DNA from: the human T2T-CHM13v2.0 reference genome, Homo sapiens
Assembly: GCF_009914755.1 (NCBI RefSeq)
Contig: NC_060929.1
Direction: 5' to 3' (one strand)
DNA length: 64,000 nt
Both the position numbers and the translations under genes were made by a program. Positions 15,506 through 29,893 of the stretch are shown piece after piece. The notes below the pieces were generated by a model that saw only the letters and a program-made list of their open reading frames with translations, had not been told where the DNA came from and did no database searches. Numbering within the stretch: the first letter of the stretch is position 1; every line of letters starts with the position of its first letter.

Positions 15506-17452
15506 GCATGCACAGTTAGTCACAATGACACTGATTTTTGCTAAAATTTAAATGCCACCCAGAGCAATTCTTCTCTTTTCCATCATCTAGGGGCTTAACT
15601 TAATCTGATGAGTAGGGGTGATACGTATGATAGGTATAGAAATTATCCAATTTCCAGAAGCCCAGGTAGTGAGCATACTAAAGCTCACCTTAATCCAAGG
15701 ATGTCCTGAGAGCAGCCACTTGAATTTATGCTTTGCTATCAGCTGGGCCCAGAGTAGCTCATTTTAAACTACAATTAGTAGCAAATTACAGTCAGACTGA
15801 CTTTCAAAAGTGCTGGTTACATTGTGCTAGGAAACAATTTAAAGGATCAGATTGGTGCTGCCACTAAATCAAACAAGCTCATCTAGCTCCAGAGACTTGG
15901 GCCTCTCAATCCTGCGAAGTCTACAAGTCAGCATCTCTTTTAGCAAAAAGCTTAGCTCTAGGCTTTGGTATTCTAATCAGTGCTCACTCCAACAATGGCC
16001 TGATCTGCTTGAGGAGGGTGCAGTAAACTGATGGGCAAAAATGCAGAAATGGTGAAAACATGTATTTGTTCTCCACCTCCGGATGGTAAACCTTTGCAGG
16101 ACTTTTGTAGTACCTGACCCAGTTTCTCTGTAGGTTCTCTTCAAACTCACTGGGGAGTGAAGAGACCTCAGAGGAGACACAAAGTCTCTTCTGTCAGCTG
16201 TTCTTTCATTCAATACATAGCGAAGAAAGCCGGACAGTGCAGAGCGAATTTGTGCCTCTGAGCCCTCCACAAAGTCAGACGGTTTGACTGTGGGAACTGG
16301 AACACCTACAGCTGATACGGTCTGGGACCAAGCTGGAATGTGGGGTCACAGTGAGGGGTGCAGTTTTGAATGGGTTGAATGGGTTGAGTGAACTTACTCA
16401 GAGTTATAATTCGAGAAAATTGTAAAAAGTTTTCCAGTTTTTACCACACAGCTACAGGGGGAAAAAGCCTCTGTAATACTTATTTCACTAGAAATCTTTA
16501 TTCTCTTTGTGTTTCTCACTCTCTCACAGTTTTATAATGACAGCATGGCCATTTCACCTGAGTTAAAAGCAAAGAAAAGAACCCTACTAGTGAAGGAAAC
16601 ACATTTGAGGCCTAATCCCGCTCCTTTTATTTTTATTTTTAATCTGCAAGCAAATAATGTTTGGTTTTATTTTCTGTGATCCTGGCCGGATAGAGAGCCC
16701 AGTGTCCATGAGGGGATGTGCAGAGCCATCTGTCTGCAGCAGAAATGAGCACAGTCCGGCTGCATTGGCTCTTCCATGCGCAGGCACAGACACCTCTCAT
16801 GCCTGGAGCTGAGGAAATGAAATCCCCCATGTCTTTGATTTACCAACTAAAGGCACCAAAGGCAACCCTCATTTTCCTCAAGGACAGGCAACCCTCAACA
16901 CGAGATGGGGGAAAGAATGCTGTTGAACTAAACTGAATTTAAATAAAAGCCAACACCCTTTCCAGAAATGCAAGAAATTTTGCTTGTTTAGAATATCTAC
17001 TGGGCATTGAATGGGCAGGTCTCTAGCAGTTGTCCGGGACCACCTAGTTTCTGACTACCACCCAGGCATCTCCCAGTCTCCAGTTCAAGATAACGCCTAT
17101 CCTGCAAGACATCTTGCCCATTCTGGCCAGTGTCTGGTATTTTCTTCACTCCCTCATATGCCTCATAATAAAATATCCTGCCCAGCTCTTTCCTCATTTC
17201 ACCAGTGTCAGCTAGAAAAGAAGGGTAAATTCAGAATGACTGATTCAAGGAGTCTGGGCTCTGGAGCAGCCTGGAGGAAAGCATCTATATGATGGGGATC
17301 TGCTTGAACCTCTGCTCCATGCCCCTCTCCTGCCTGCCCCTGCCCCTGTAGTTTGGCTGAACAGCCATTGTGACAGAAACTAAAGGGGAAGAAGCATTTC
17401 CAGCCTTGATGAAATTTTGTTTGTGTGTACGTTGCTGAACTTGTTACCTATC

Positions 17453-18003
17453 TGTTATGGGAAACGGTCTCGATCCAGACCCCAAGAGAGGGTTTTTGGA
17501 TCTAGCACAAGAAAGAACTCAAGGCAAATTCATACGGTAAAGTGAAAGCAAGTTTATTAAGAAAGTAAAGGAATAAAGAATGGCTGCTCCATAGACAGAG
17601 CAGCCCTGAGGGCTGCTGGTTGCCCAATTTTATGGTTATTTCTTGATCATATGCTAAACATGGGGAGGATTATTTATGCCTCCTCTTTTTAGATCATATA
17701 GGGTAACTTCCTGACATTGCCATGACATTTGTAAACTGTCATGGCGCTGGTGGGAAGGTAGCAGTGAGGATGACCAGAGGTCACTCTCATCGCCACCTTG
17801 GTTTTGGTGGGATTTAGCCAGCTTCTTTATTGCAAACTGTTTTATCAGCAGAATCTTTATGACCTGTATCTTGTGCCAACCTTCTATCTCATCCTGTGAC
17901 TTAGAACGCCTAACCATCTCAGAATGTAGCCCAGTAGGTCCCAGCCTCATTTTATCCAGCCGCTACTCAAGATGGAGTTGCTCTGGTTCAAACGCCTCTG
18001 GCA
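17453..18003 (-). mobile_element. MER41A solo LTR (ERV1)
   Basis: Minus strand starts TGCCAGAGGCGTTTGAACCAGAGCAACTCCATCTTG; ~550 bp; lacks the MER41B GAS segment; perfect 4-bp TSD TATC. Confidence 0.9.
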
Positions 18004-18459
18004 TATCTACCATTTGTCGAGTGGCATTTATGCTGGCTAGATCCTATGTCTTCCTGCATCCTCTGGGATTGGGGCCTCTGAGGAAGTTGGAAGGAATCCC
18101 TGTCACCCTCTCCAGGAAAACCTTCTTATTCTTGTAGGTGTTCTGGAGACTGTGATCCCACCTCCCACAGTCATTCCTGTGTCCGTTTACTTCTTTTCTC
18201 TTTCTCACAGATCAATTCAGTTTTTCATCAAATCTCAAAATCATGCAACCCAACCTCCTTATTTTATAGATGAGGTCACTATAGTCTAGGAAGCTTGAAT
18301 GACTTTATGTACCACTAGATGTGTTCCTCTTATTTACTCCTCTGTCCCTTTTTTCTTGTCTTGCCTTAAGTGTGTGTGTGTGTAAGACAGAGAGAAAAAG
18401 GGACAGAAAGAAAGGCTGATTTATTCATTCAGATTCATTGACTATTTTATGCAAGACAG

Positions 18460-18690
18460 AAAGCACTGGTATTTTTTGAGCTCTTACTGTGTGCCAAACT
18501 AGAAGCTTTTTGTATGTTATCTTTTCTGAGCCTCATACCAGCTCCGTGAATTAGGTGTTATTATCCACACTTACCACATGAGGAAATGAAGGCTCCCAGA
18601 GGTTAAGTAATTTGCAGAAGATTGTACTTCTGGGGAGATCTGGGCTTGGGCTCCACGTCTGACTTAGCCTAGGACTGTTCCATAATACCA
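18460..18690 (-). mobile_element. MIR SINE
   Basis: Antisense MIR: ttactgtgtgcca...atgaggaaatgaaggctcccagaggttaagtaatttgc. Confidence 0.75.
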
Positions 18691-20529
18691 CATCTCTAGA
18701 TCTCTGTGTAGAACACTACCTTGGACTCTAGAGATAAGAGGCTGCACGGTGGGGGATGAGGGGCAGACTGAGGCTTGATCAAGGGGAGAGGACATAGGCA
18801 GAGCGGTCCCTGAAGGATCCCGACACATATGAGAGGGGATATTCTGCTGTTCAGTAGGGCACTGCGCCTAAGCCATCTACCCTACTTCTCTCTTTTGAGG
18901 CTATATATATACATATTTTTTTTTTGTAAGAAGTGACAATGGGAGGAAAAAAGGGATCTTGCAGAGGTGTTCAGAATGACAGTACTAGGTGTGATGGTGC
19001 TGCCTATGTTATCTGATTGCATAGATGCTACCAGGAATATGGGTGGGGATGTGGGGCTGGAAACGAACTGTGCAAACATCTTCACTCTGTAGTGGGATGA
19101 AACTCTCAGATCACCCTGCTGGATGGGCAAATAAGAAACCAGAGGACATCATTTTCTTGTGCCCTTGGTGGGGAGGGTGTTCATGGAGCAGCCCTTTCAC
19201 TCACATTTTTCTGGGCATCTTTTTAGGAACTGGTTTTCTCTCCAAGTGGCCCTCTGAATGGAGGTGGGGAAAGAGATGTTGAGAAGGAAATCTACAATTA
19301 TTGACAAGGACAGCAGGTCAGGCACAAGGCCCACTGGTTTACCGGCATTTTTCAGAACAAGGAATGAAGTACGTGCTTCCTCTCTGCCCAGATAAGCAGA
19401 TTTGGAGCCTCTACACTGGGCTGCTAAGACTGGAGTTCCATGAGCTAAATGTTTTCTAATGTGGACTTCTCTCGGAGAAAGACCTCTGGAGAGAAAAACA
19501 CCCTGCTGAAGTTAGAACATGACTTTTTCTTTTCTTTTTGCTTGCTCTGTGCCCTAATTAATTCCATTTGTCTTTGAAGGCATTGGGACTACAACTCTTC
19601 CCACTTTCTCTTTTTCTCTAGGGATTTAACTTTAGCTCATTTTAAGATGGCAAGTTGCCTAAAAACTTTTTCCCCATCTTTCCAGAAAGGTTTGCAAACT
19701 GGTAGAGCTATTTAAATGCAGGTAATCTGAAGATATGCTCATGTGTTCTGTTCATACACACTTTTATTTTTTTAAGAATAGTACAAAGTGATTTTTAGGA
19801 GTTGAGAGGGAACTAATGAAAGTTATTTTATTATTTTTCATGAAAAACAAAGACCTGGAAAGGGCAGAAAGTCTCATAAGAGTACATCAGACTGGGATAG
19901 AAGTTTCTCTAGGTTCTCAGTGCTTTTGATTACCGTAAATACACACTACCCTTTTCCACAAAACATTGTTAGAAACACTGGCTTACTCCTGCTGTCTTGA
20001 CAAAGGTGGAAGAGTTAGTTCACTGACATGAGGTTGACTTGCAGGATTACCACCAAAAGAAAATCTGTGAAAGTGTGTCTTATCATGGACGGGACAGGCT
20101 TTTACGGATATCTTTATAATTCCTTCACTATGTTCTGTTTTGGTACAGCTGGGCCTGACCTACTTTGTGCCTTCATAACAGGATTTTGCATAGGTAATAA
20201 CAAGTAAACAGATGAGGAGGCTCTGATGTTAAAACTCATCCCTGAAACTCAGCAAGGCTTCTCAGCTCCCAGTCCCCAGGCCAGGTTCATACATTTTATT
20301 TGTGTATATGATGTCTGGTGCTGAGACAAGGAAAAAAAATTAAAACACAAATTCATCAGAGGGACCCTTAGTGGAGCTTGGTTAAAATTGGAACCTCTGA
20401 ACTTCCCGACACCTCCTGCCGCAGAAATAACCAGATCATCACTGAGCTGCGAAAACAAAGGAAGAGCTCTCCTCCCCGCATCAACAGGCCAAAAGGCAGA
20501 CTTGAGAATACTCGCACAGCTCACAACAT

Positions 20530-20825
20530 CACTTATGACGTCCCAAACCAAAACAAAAGCAACTCGCCAAGCAGCCAACAAACGGAGGAGAAGTCGGCCT
20601 CCAGCGAGCCTTGGTGAATTGCCAAATTTGGCTCTGGCTGTTTGCCCATGAGGAATTACGTAATTCTAAAATGAGGGCTCTCAACTGAGAGTTTCAGCCT
20701 CTCATCTTTTACTCCCAGGATCTGGCAGCAAAAATAGGCGAGAATCTCACTTCCACTGATGCAACGAGCCTGCTGATTTTGATTAAGTAATTCTGTTGTT
20801 AGGGTAAACTGCGGATGACGTAGAA
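20530..20825. promoter_or_regulatory. Candidate bZIP-site-rich enhancer
   Basis: TGACGTC (20536), 14-bp palindrome GAATTACGTAATTC (20653-20666), TGATGCAA (20757), ATGACGTA (~20815), in non-repeat DNA with retained CpGs. Confidence 0.4.
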
Positions 20826-21139
20826 GGTAATGCTGTGTTTATGAGATTATAGAATGAACTTCACTCCTCCCTCTCCAAAAAGTAAAGTACCAACCCTCTA
20901 TTTCATATTCTAAGTGATCCATGTCTCCAATTCTCTGAGGTCAATAAATATGAATATCCAAAGCAGGAAGCCCTGTGACTTTCTTCTTCTACAGTGGGAT
21001 AGCAAGCTCAGACTAAAGAACTGGCTGATATTTTACGGATTCACTAAGGAAAAGCAGAAGTAGAAGAACATAGAGGTTAGAAAGTTGAGGCTGGGGTCTG
21101 GTATGAGGGGGTGTTAATAAAATGACCCCTATAGACCAG

Positions 21140-21290
21140 ACATCTTACAGGTGTTCTCTCATTAATATCCACAACTGCCCTGTAAAGTATTATTCTCATT
21201 TCACAGATAAGAAAACTGAATCTCAGAGAGTAAAGTGCTTGCTTGAAATCACACAGCTGGTGAGCAGTGATGTGGGGCCTGAATGACTCA
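21140..21290 (-). mobile_element. MIR SINE
   Basis: atttcacagataagaaaactgaatctcagagag...tcacacagctggtgag. Confidence 0.75.
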
Positions 21291-21410
21291 AAAGCCTGTT
21301 TCAGTGGATTTAGGTGAAAGTGCCTGTGCTCTCATTAGCTCCATGGGAAGGTGTGATTGGGGTCTAAGGGTGTTTACCTGTAAAGTCAGTGCCTACACAT
21401 TCCCTAGTCT

Positions 21411-21616
21411 CTGTGCTGTCCCGTACAGTAGCTATTAGCCACATATGGCTGTTTAAGTTTAAATAAATCAAAATTAAATCTAAAACAACTAATTTCCTCT
21501 GTCGCAGTAGCCACATATAGAGTGCTCAGTAACCACATGTGGCCAGTGACTCTCCTGGACAGCACAGACTTTTAGATCATTTTCATCTCCACAGAAAGTT
21601 TTGTTGGACAGCACTG
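21411..21616 (-). mobile_element. MER3 hAT-Charlie MITE
   Basis: CTGTGCTGTCC...TAGCCACATATGGCT...CCACATGTGGCC...TTGGACAGCACTG matches the MER3 architecture. Confidence 0.85.
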
Positions 21617-22079
21617 GAGCTGGACAGCACTAGAACATTCTAGCTGTTAATGGGACCTCCCCTATGAGGCTGCATTTAGTTCTTCTGGGCCTGGAGAACC
21701 GGATCCATTGTGCTTACTGGAGCAGGAATGCTTCTTTCCTACTGGGTTTCCATTAAGAGGAATTTTCCCTAAGCATACTTCTGACCTCTCTCTGCCCCTT
21801 TACTCATTCTATTCCTGGGAAGTGGACGTCATTTAATGATTGATTAATCTGGGAAGAATTATTGGGAATGAGCTACCCACCGGAAACACAAGTTCTACTC
21901 TTCCTCCAGGGCTCTGCCCTGTAGTGGGCAGGATTTAGGGGTGACCTGAGTATCTTCTGTCTGCCTTTAATCCACTGTCTACTCTTCTCCACCCGTCTCC
22001 AGGCTCCAGGAGGCTGACCTGAATGACATACATCAGTGAACTCCTTTGGCCTCTGTCAGACCCACCAAATCAGAAAATC

Positions 22080-23980
22080 TTACACTCCTACAAGAAATTC
22101 ATGGTAAGATGAAAGAGCCACATCTGGGGCTGGGCACCTGCAGGCACAGACCCATTCACCTGCCACTTTTGCAGTAGTGTCTTTCCCTCAGCTCACACCC
22201 ACATCTCCGTGGGGGCAGGAGCCCCTAGGATCGGCTGATGAAGGAGGTAAAAGGCCAAACTTGGTTTACAGAGGGGTTGGCTCTTTATATGGGTATAAGC
22301 AGTATAGGGCCTGCTTACTACAGCTCTGTTCAGGGGTGGTCTGAAAGAAAGACTGAAGAGAAATTCTTCTAACAAGCAGAGATCTGGGAAGTGTACATGT
22401 TTATCCACTTCGTGTGCAAAGAGAAGTGGTGTACAGTAAGAACACATGTGGGCTCATTGTCAGTAAAAAAAAAATGGCTTGTCCAGTTAACCAGAGCCAG
22501 GAAGGAGAAAGTTTGGAGGATTAGGGTTGAAGAGACCTAGGGAAGAAGTGCGTGAAAGCCTCTTTGAGAGAGATAATGTGTGACAAGGTTTGTATCAAAT
22601 ATTAATGCTCAACAGAGAGTATCTTCCAGGGAAAAGGCACTACAACCCAGTAGGCAAAAGGACCCAGCCAGTTGACATCAGTCATTGGTCACTCTGATGC
22701 TAACAAATGGACCTCACACCATGGCAGCAGAGATGGAAGCTATGCATAGATCCAACAGCATGGGCGCCCTCTTACTAAGACTGATCTGCCACCCTGTATG
22801 TCCAGCCTTGTAGGAACATAGACCAATACTGAGCCACTGATTCAGCACATCCTCTGTGGAGACCAACCAGCCACTTGGTGGCAAGAGATTACATTGGAAC
22901 CCTCTCATCTCAGAAGGAGCAGTGCTTCGTGTTGACTGAATCAACATGTGCACCAGATACAAGACTCCCTTTTCTGCCTGGAATAATCTGCCAGTATGAC
23001 TCTCAAAAGGCTTAACTCACGGACATAGGATCCCATGTAGCACTGCATTGGATTGAGAGATAGAGAACTCAGTTAAAAACAAGGAGGTGTGGCAGTGGGC
23101 CCTTGACTATGGTATCCCCTGGCCTTATCACATCCTATGTCACTCAGAAGTTGAGATCTGAAAGAGTGAAAAAAAAGCTGCTTACTAGCCACTGAGGACC
23201 CAGCTTGGAGATGATAAGCTGTGAAGATGGGCGCTGTTCTCCAGACATAATATATATGTCCTAAATCAACAACCTTTCCCTAGAGCTGTGTCCCCAGTAG
23301 ATAGCAAGTGCGAGTCTGGAAATCAAAGAGTAGAAATAGGCATAGCCCGGCTTATATCACTTCAAGTGACCAATGTAGGGAATTTATGCTTCTTACTACA
23401 CTCCCAGGCTTTTGTGGTTTAGAAGTCCTAGTTTCTAAAGGGAGAACATTTCCACCAGGAAACTCAGCAGGAGACCCATTAAGCTTTAAGCTATGCTTAC
23501 TGAATGTCGCTCATGCCAAAGCCTATCAGAAAAGGGAAATAGCCTTCATCCCAGCAGGAGTAATGGGCCCTGATGATCAGGAGGAGGTGGGGCTGCTGTT
23601 ACTCCCTGGGATTCTCTTGGAACCCTCTTGCCTAATTTCAACAAAAAATGGACAAATGCAGTGGTCATGGCCTGAGAAAGGCTCAGATCTTACTGTTGAA
23701 GGTGGAGGTGTCCCCAACAGGTAAGCCTCTTAGACCATCAGAGGTGTTAGCCAAGGGTGAGGAGAATCTAGAATGAGTAGGGGAGGAGAGAAATGATGTG
23801 TGTAGTTACCTTGAAACTGCAGCATGGGAGTTGGGGGGGTTCTGGGGCTATAATTCCTGTCACTGGCCTTCCTCTTGTTAAGTTTACCTAGGAAAACAGG
23901 CCAGCGAGAATCTTGGAGGGGCTGTTCCCAAGTTTTGCTATAAAATGAAAGTGAATCCAAGTGGCCTGGGGCTGAATCTG
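22080..23980 (+). mobile_element. Decayed ERVL (HERV16/ERVL-like) internal region with pol integrase and dUTPase remnants
   Basis: 22720-22980 reads with frameshifts as HGSRDGSYA..QQHG.PLTK.DL...GDQPATWWQ.DYIG (ERVL integrase); ORF 23308-23724 contains GLEVLVSKG..FPPG...AGV..PD.QEEVGLLL (ERVL dUTPase-like). Confidence 0.8.
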
Positions 23981-23984
23981 AGTT

Positions 23985-24431
23985 CATGCTGTGGGCACTG
24001 CCCAGATGCCTTGTCAGAGCTAAGATCATTCTCCCAGCTACTGAGAGTGTGGGTAACCTGTGATGCTTAGCTGAGTCCCTCTCCAGGAATTGCCTTTAGC
24101 AAAAAATGAGCCACCTCTCTTCACCCAGACCACACTCCCCTCCCCAGGGAATGTACAGCCCAATTCAGTGTGTGGTCAGTGCAGAAGCAGAAAGGCTCAA
24201 TTTGCCTGCATCTAGTGAGACATCTAGGAGGGTTCATCCTACTCCCTGAACTCCCCATGGGGTTGACTGAGGCCTTCGTCACAACTTCATTGCAGTTCAT
24301 ACCTCCCTTTGCCCCATCCCACTTCTTTCATTCTGCATGGGCATCGATCTTGATCGAGGCCACTCCCCAGAACACTCCCTGCCTGCATGTCTCTCTCAGG
24401 AGTCTGCTGCCTGGGGGTTGGATTTAAGACA
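23985..24431 (+). mobile_element. LTR16-like ERVL 3' LTR
   Basis: ccaggaattgcc...gagccacctc...ctctcaggagtctgctgcctgggg...AAGACA, directly downstream of the ERVL internal region. Confidence 0.6.
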
Positions 24432-24705
24432 CATGCTGGTCTTCCCCTAGGAGTAATTTCCCTGTCCACACTTTTGATCAAATTTCCTTGAATTATCTTA
24501 ATTTGAGTGTGCCCTCTGAATTTTGATGGGATCTGGACTGACGGGGCAGGGTATTGGGCTAGGGACATGACTGGCAGGTAAGTCTGCCTAATTCTGAGGC
24601 TCAGTATTAGTAGGACTCTTTACTGACACATGGAATTTGTATTCTCAAACGTACCAAAATCAGCTTACTAAAGATATTTTGGTCTCCACCTTAATTCTTT
24701 GTTTG

Positions 24706-24750
24706 TTAAAAGTAATGGCAAAAACCACAATTCCTTTTGCACCGACCTAA
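24706..24750. mobile_element. MADE1 (Hsmar1 mariner MITE) half-element / solo TIR
   Basis: TAATGGCAAAAACCACAATTCCTTTTGCACCGACCTAA closely matches one MADE1 arm. Confidence 0.85.
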
Positions 24751-24887
24751 TCAACTATTCAGAACCTGAATGGAAGCCACTCCTTGGTGGTTCCCTTAGA
24801 AACCTCAGCCCCATCCAGAGCCCTTGTATCAGATTTGGATGGAAAGGGCATGTGTTTAGCCCGTTCAAGGGTGACTTTTAGACAGTC

Positions 24888-24937
<50 letters not shown>
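24888..24937. repeat. (CT)n(TG)n compound microsatellite
   Basis: Direct read. Confidence 0.97.
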
Positions 24938-24939
<2 letters not shown>

Positions 24940-25249
24940 GTTCAGCCTTTTCTCACTAAGACAGTTATTTTCACCCATAGGCAGGCACCCTGATGGGAGA
25001 GGCAGGATGAATGGATCTCTTTGATACTCAAAGTTTTTTAAGCCATTGATGTGTTATGTGTCTAAAATAATATTCTTTTTTGAAAAATTATTGTTTCATG
25101 ATATGATTAATAAATTATTTTCTTTGTTAAATATCGATTAAAAATTATATTAATAATTATGTTAACAATTAAGAATTATAGATAAGGATAAAATTCCTTT
25201 TGACTGTTACAGCAGTCCACTCCCAAGAGAATAAACTGTTACCTTCCAG

Positions 25250-25580
25250 ACCTTTTCAAAATTGACAGGATCTATTTAAAGTCCTGTATTTTATTTGACC
25301 AGAAAATTCTATTTTTCAGATGTTACATTTAAGAAAACTTCTTGAATGTACATGACAAAGAATGAACAAGCATATTTATTGCAACATTGTTTATAATAGC
25401 AATAAAGGTAAGCAACTTAATAGGGGACTAAATAAATTGTGGTATATTTTTACAATGACAGAGTATACAGTAGTAAAAACAGTGAGGTGGAGCCCTAAGT
25501 GCTAACTTGGAAAAAGCTTCAGGAAATATCACTGAGTGAAAAAGGAGATTGCAGAATGATAAATGTAATGTGATGCATTT
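25250..25580 (+). mobile_element. Old L1M fragment
   Basis: tttattgcaacattgtttataatagca...aataaattgtggtatatt...actgagtgaaaaa. Confidence 0.6.
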
Positions 25581-26582
25581 TATCAGGGCTATTTAGGAAA
25601 ATTATGGCCTAATAGAAATGACCTGGGCTGAGTGAGAGGAGCAGAAATGGGGAGAGTGATTATTGCCCCTCGCTTGCTTTGCCTCCTTTAGCCATTTCTT
25701 CCTGTTCTCTCAGTCATTCTTTCCCCTCTTTCACTCCACATTCTTTCCTTTCTTCATCACTTCTTTTCATAGTTAAAATTGAAGCCAAGTCTACCCTCTA
25801 GGAATTGTATGTGTTTGTGCTCATTAACAACCAGTTGAACTCTGTTGATTAGCAATATGGTCAATCCAAACTGGTTGTTAAAGTGTCAAAATAAATGGAT
25901 CCAATACCTGCACCCGGGCTCACATGATCTCGTTGATGAATAATTAATATAGCCTCAATATGATGCATTATATGGAAACCTGCCTGCTTTGGCTACTGTG
26001 AAAGCTTAAAAATAAACCAACCACTTGACAAAGTTACAAAAAAATATATAAAAAAGAAATTTGCAGTATGGGTTGAATGAATAATAAATATATAGTGTTT
26101 GCATTAAAGAAAGTACCAGTGGCATTGTACTTTGTGTTATTATTAGAGTGTGTAGATTATTTGATTTGAAGAATTCTAGTTTAATGACTTCCTTTTGCAC
26201 TGAAGGAAATAGTGGCCCAGGGAAGTAAGGTCGTAAAGCAGGCCTGTTCAGTGGTCTTCCGGTAACACACTTTGTAGGTAATAGAGATGGTCATTCTCCT
26301 TTCCTTTCGGAATAGTTCCATCTCTCTCTGCTATGGTAGGAACCAAATGTGTGGATCCTCTTTTACTCATAGGTCTGTATCTGGGGCACAAGCCTTATGG
26401 CGTGGATAGAAATGGCTGACACAGTGCTGAATTGGCTTAGGAAAAGGAAGACCGATGCTGGGTTTCTCTGGAGCTCTGTGTCATAGTTTGAAGATGACTC
26501 CAATGCCAGAGCCTCTGGGAACAAAATAATATGAGAAATGATCACAGAAGCGGTCATTTTAAGCTAGAAGAAACTCAGAAGA

Positions 26583-26770
26583 AGGGTTACCAGATTCTTA
26601 CAAAGCATCTAATTAAACATGAATTTTAGATAAACAATGAATACTTTTAAAGTATAATTATACCCCAGATATTGCATGGAACAAACTTATACTAAAAATT
26701 ATTCATTTCTTATCTAAATTCAAATTAATTGGGTCTCAAGTGTTTTTATTTGTTAAGTCTGTCTAGCCCA
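26583..26770. mobile_element. MER53 palindromic hAT MITE
   Basis: AGGGTTACCAGAT start; self-complementary body around ATATTGCATGG; end resembles TCTGGCAACCCT. Confidence 0.85.
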
Positions 26771-27320
26771 ACAAGATCTATGTTGAAATATGTAACTCAA
26801 ATGTCTTATAACCTGAAGAACACACTATTCTCTATGTTTCTTTGTCTCTTTGACCCCAACGTTTTAAATTATGACCAATACTTTAAACTCCAAAGGTATT
26901 GGATATTAGATCAATTCAAGGACAAATTTTGTAAAAACTGGAGTGTTCTGCAGCAGAACAGATTGCCTCAAAAATAGTGAATTCCTCTGCCAAGGATACG
27001 CCTGTATCAACATTTGTAATGACAAAAAACTGGGAGAAACATAAAAGGTCATGAATAAGGGACTGTTTAAAAAAAATTAGGGACACGTCTACGCAATGGA
27101 ATTCTCTACAGATTTTTTTTCTAGCCTCAGCTGCTGTTATAATAGGACTGTCACCACTGTCATAACCTGACCAATCAACTAGTTTCCCAACAGACAAGCT
27201 GGTCTTTCTGAAACCTTAGAAGCATTCATCATGCACTTCAGAATGGTTTTCTGTCTGTACATAATGGGGATTTCCAAGCAGATCTTTAAGTAAAAAAAGC
27301 ATAACAAGCAGTATGCATGT

Positions 27321-28095
<775 letters not shown>

Positions 28096-28313
28096 ATGTT
28101 AAATTCCCATTTGTGTAAATTCTAAAAAGCATAAACATAAATACAAGTGAAAACATAATAATTTTTCTGGTTAACTACCTGGGAAACCCTTAAGCATGTT
28201 TATTTTAGGGAAGGAGATCAGTTATTGAGGATAGGTGAGGAAGACTTACTATTTATTTCATACCTTTATGGATGGATTTAAAAAAACTTATTTTGCACAT
28301 TGAAAAAGGGCTA

Positions 28314-28716
<403 letters not shown>

Positions 28717-29251
28717 TCACCTCATATTTCTTTCAGTTTAAAGATTATATAAATTTAAACTTTAAGACTTGAAGAGAAGGCCCCATTAGTTAGTTCGGAT
28801 AACATCATTGATGCTTCAGGCCGTCCTCAGTCACCCTTGCCCACTTATACGTTCAGGCTAGAGGGAAATGTCTCCTAATACACTCATGGCTAATCATACA
28901 TATGTTCACCAATGAGTGTCTGTGGACCATATGAGGGTTAAAAATTACTCGACAGATGAGCCCAGTGTCCACAAATCCACATGCAATTATTGGCCTTAGG
29001 TTCAAGGCAAGCCCTGGTAGTTCACAACCAGGAAAAGCAAACTTTTTGATGCCCCGCTTAATAACAGCTTGAAACACGTGAAATTGCTATAAAGAAAGGT
29101 TGAATAGCAATAATTTGATATGGTTCAACAATACTATTTCTGAGCATCCTTTTCTACTTTCTCCCTTGATCAATTAGAGAAACAAATCAAAGTAACTAAA
29201 GTATGTATTTGTCCAGGCTTCCAAAACTACCTTTCCTTTGATATTACATGA

Positions 29252-29893
<642 letters not shown>

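Noticed and set aside
20249-20651. Overlapping 79-110 aa ORFs
   Set aside because: Non-ATG starts and no homology recognised; better explained by locally higher GC
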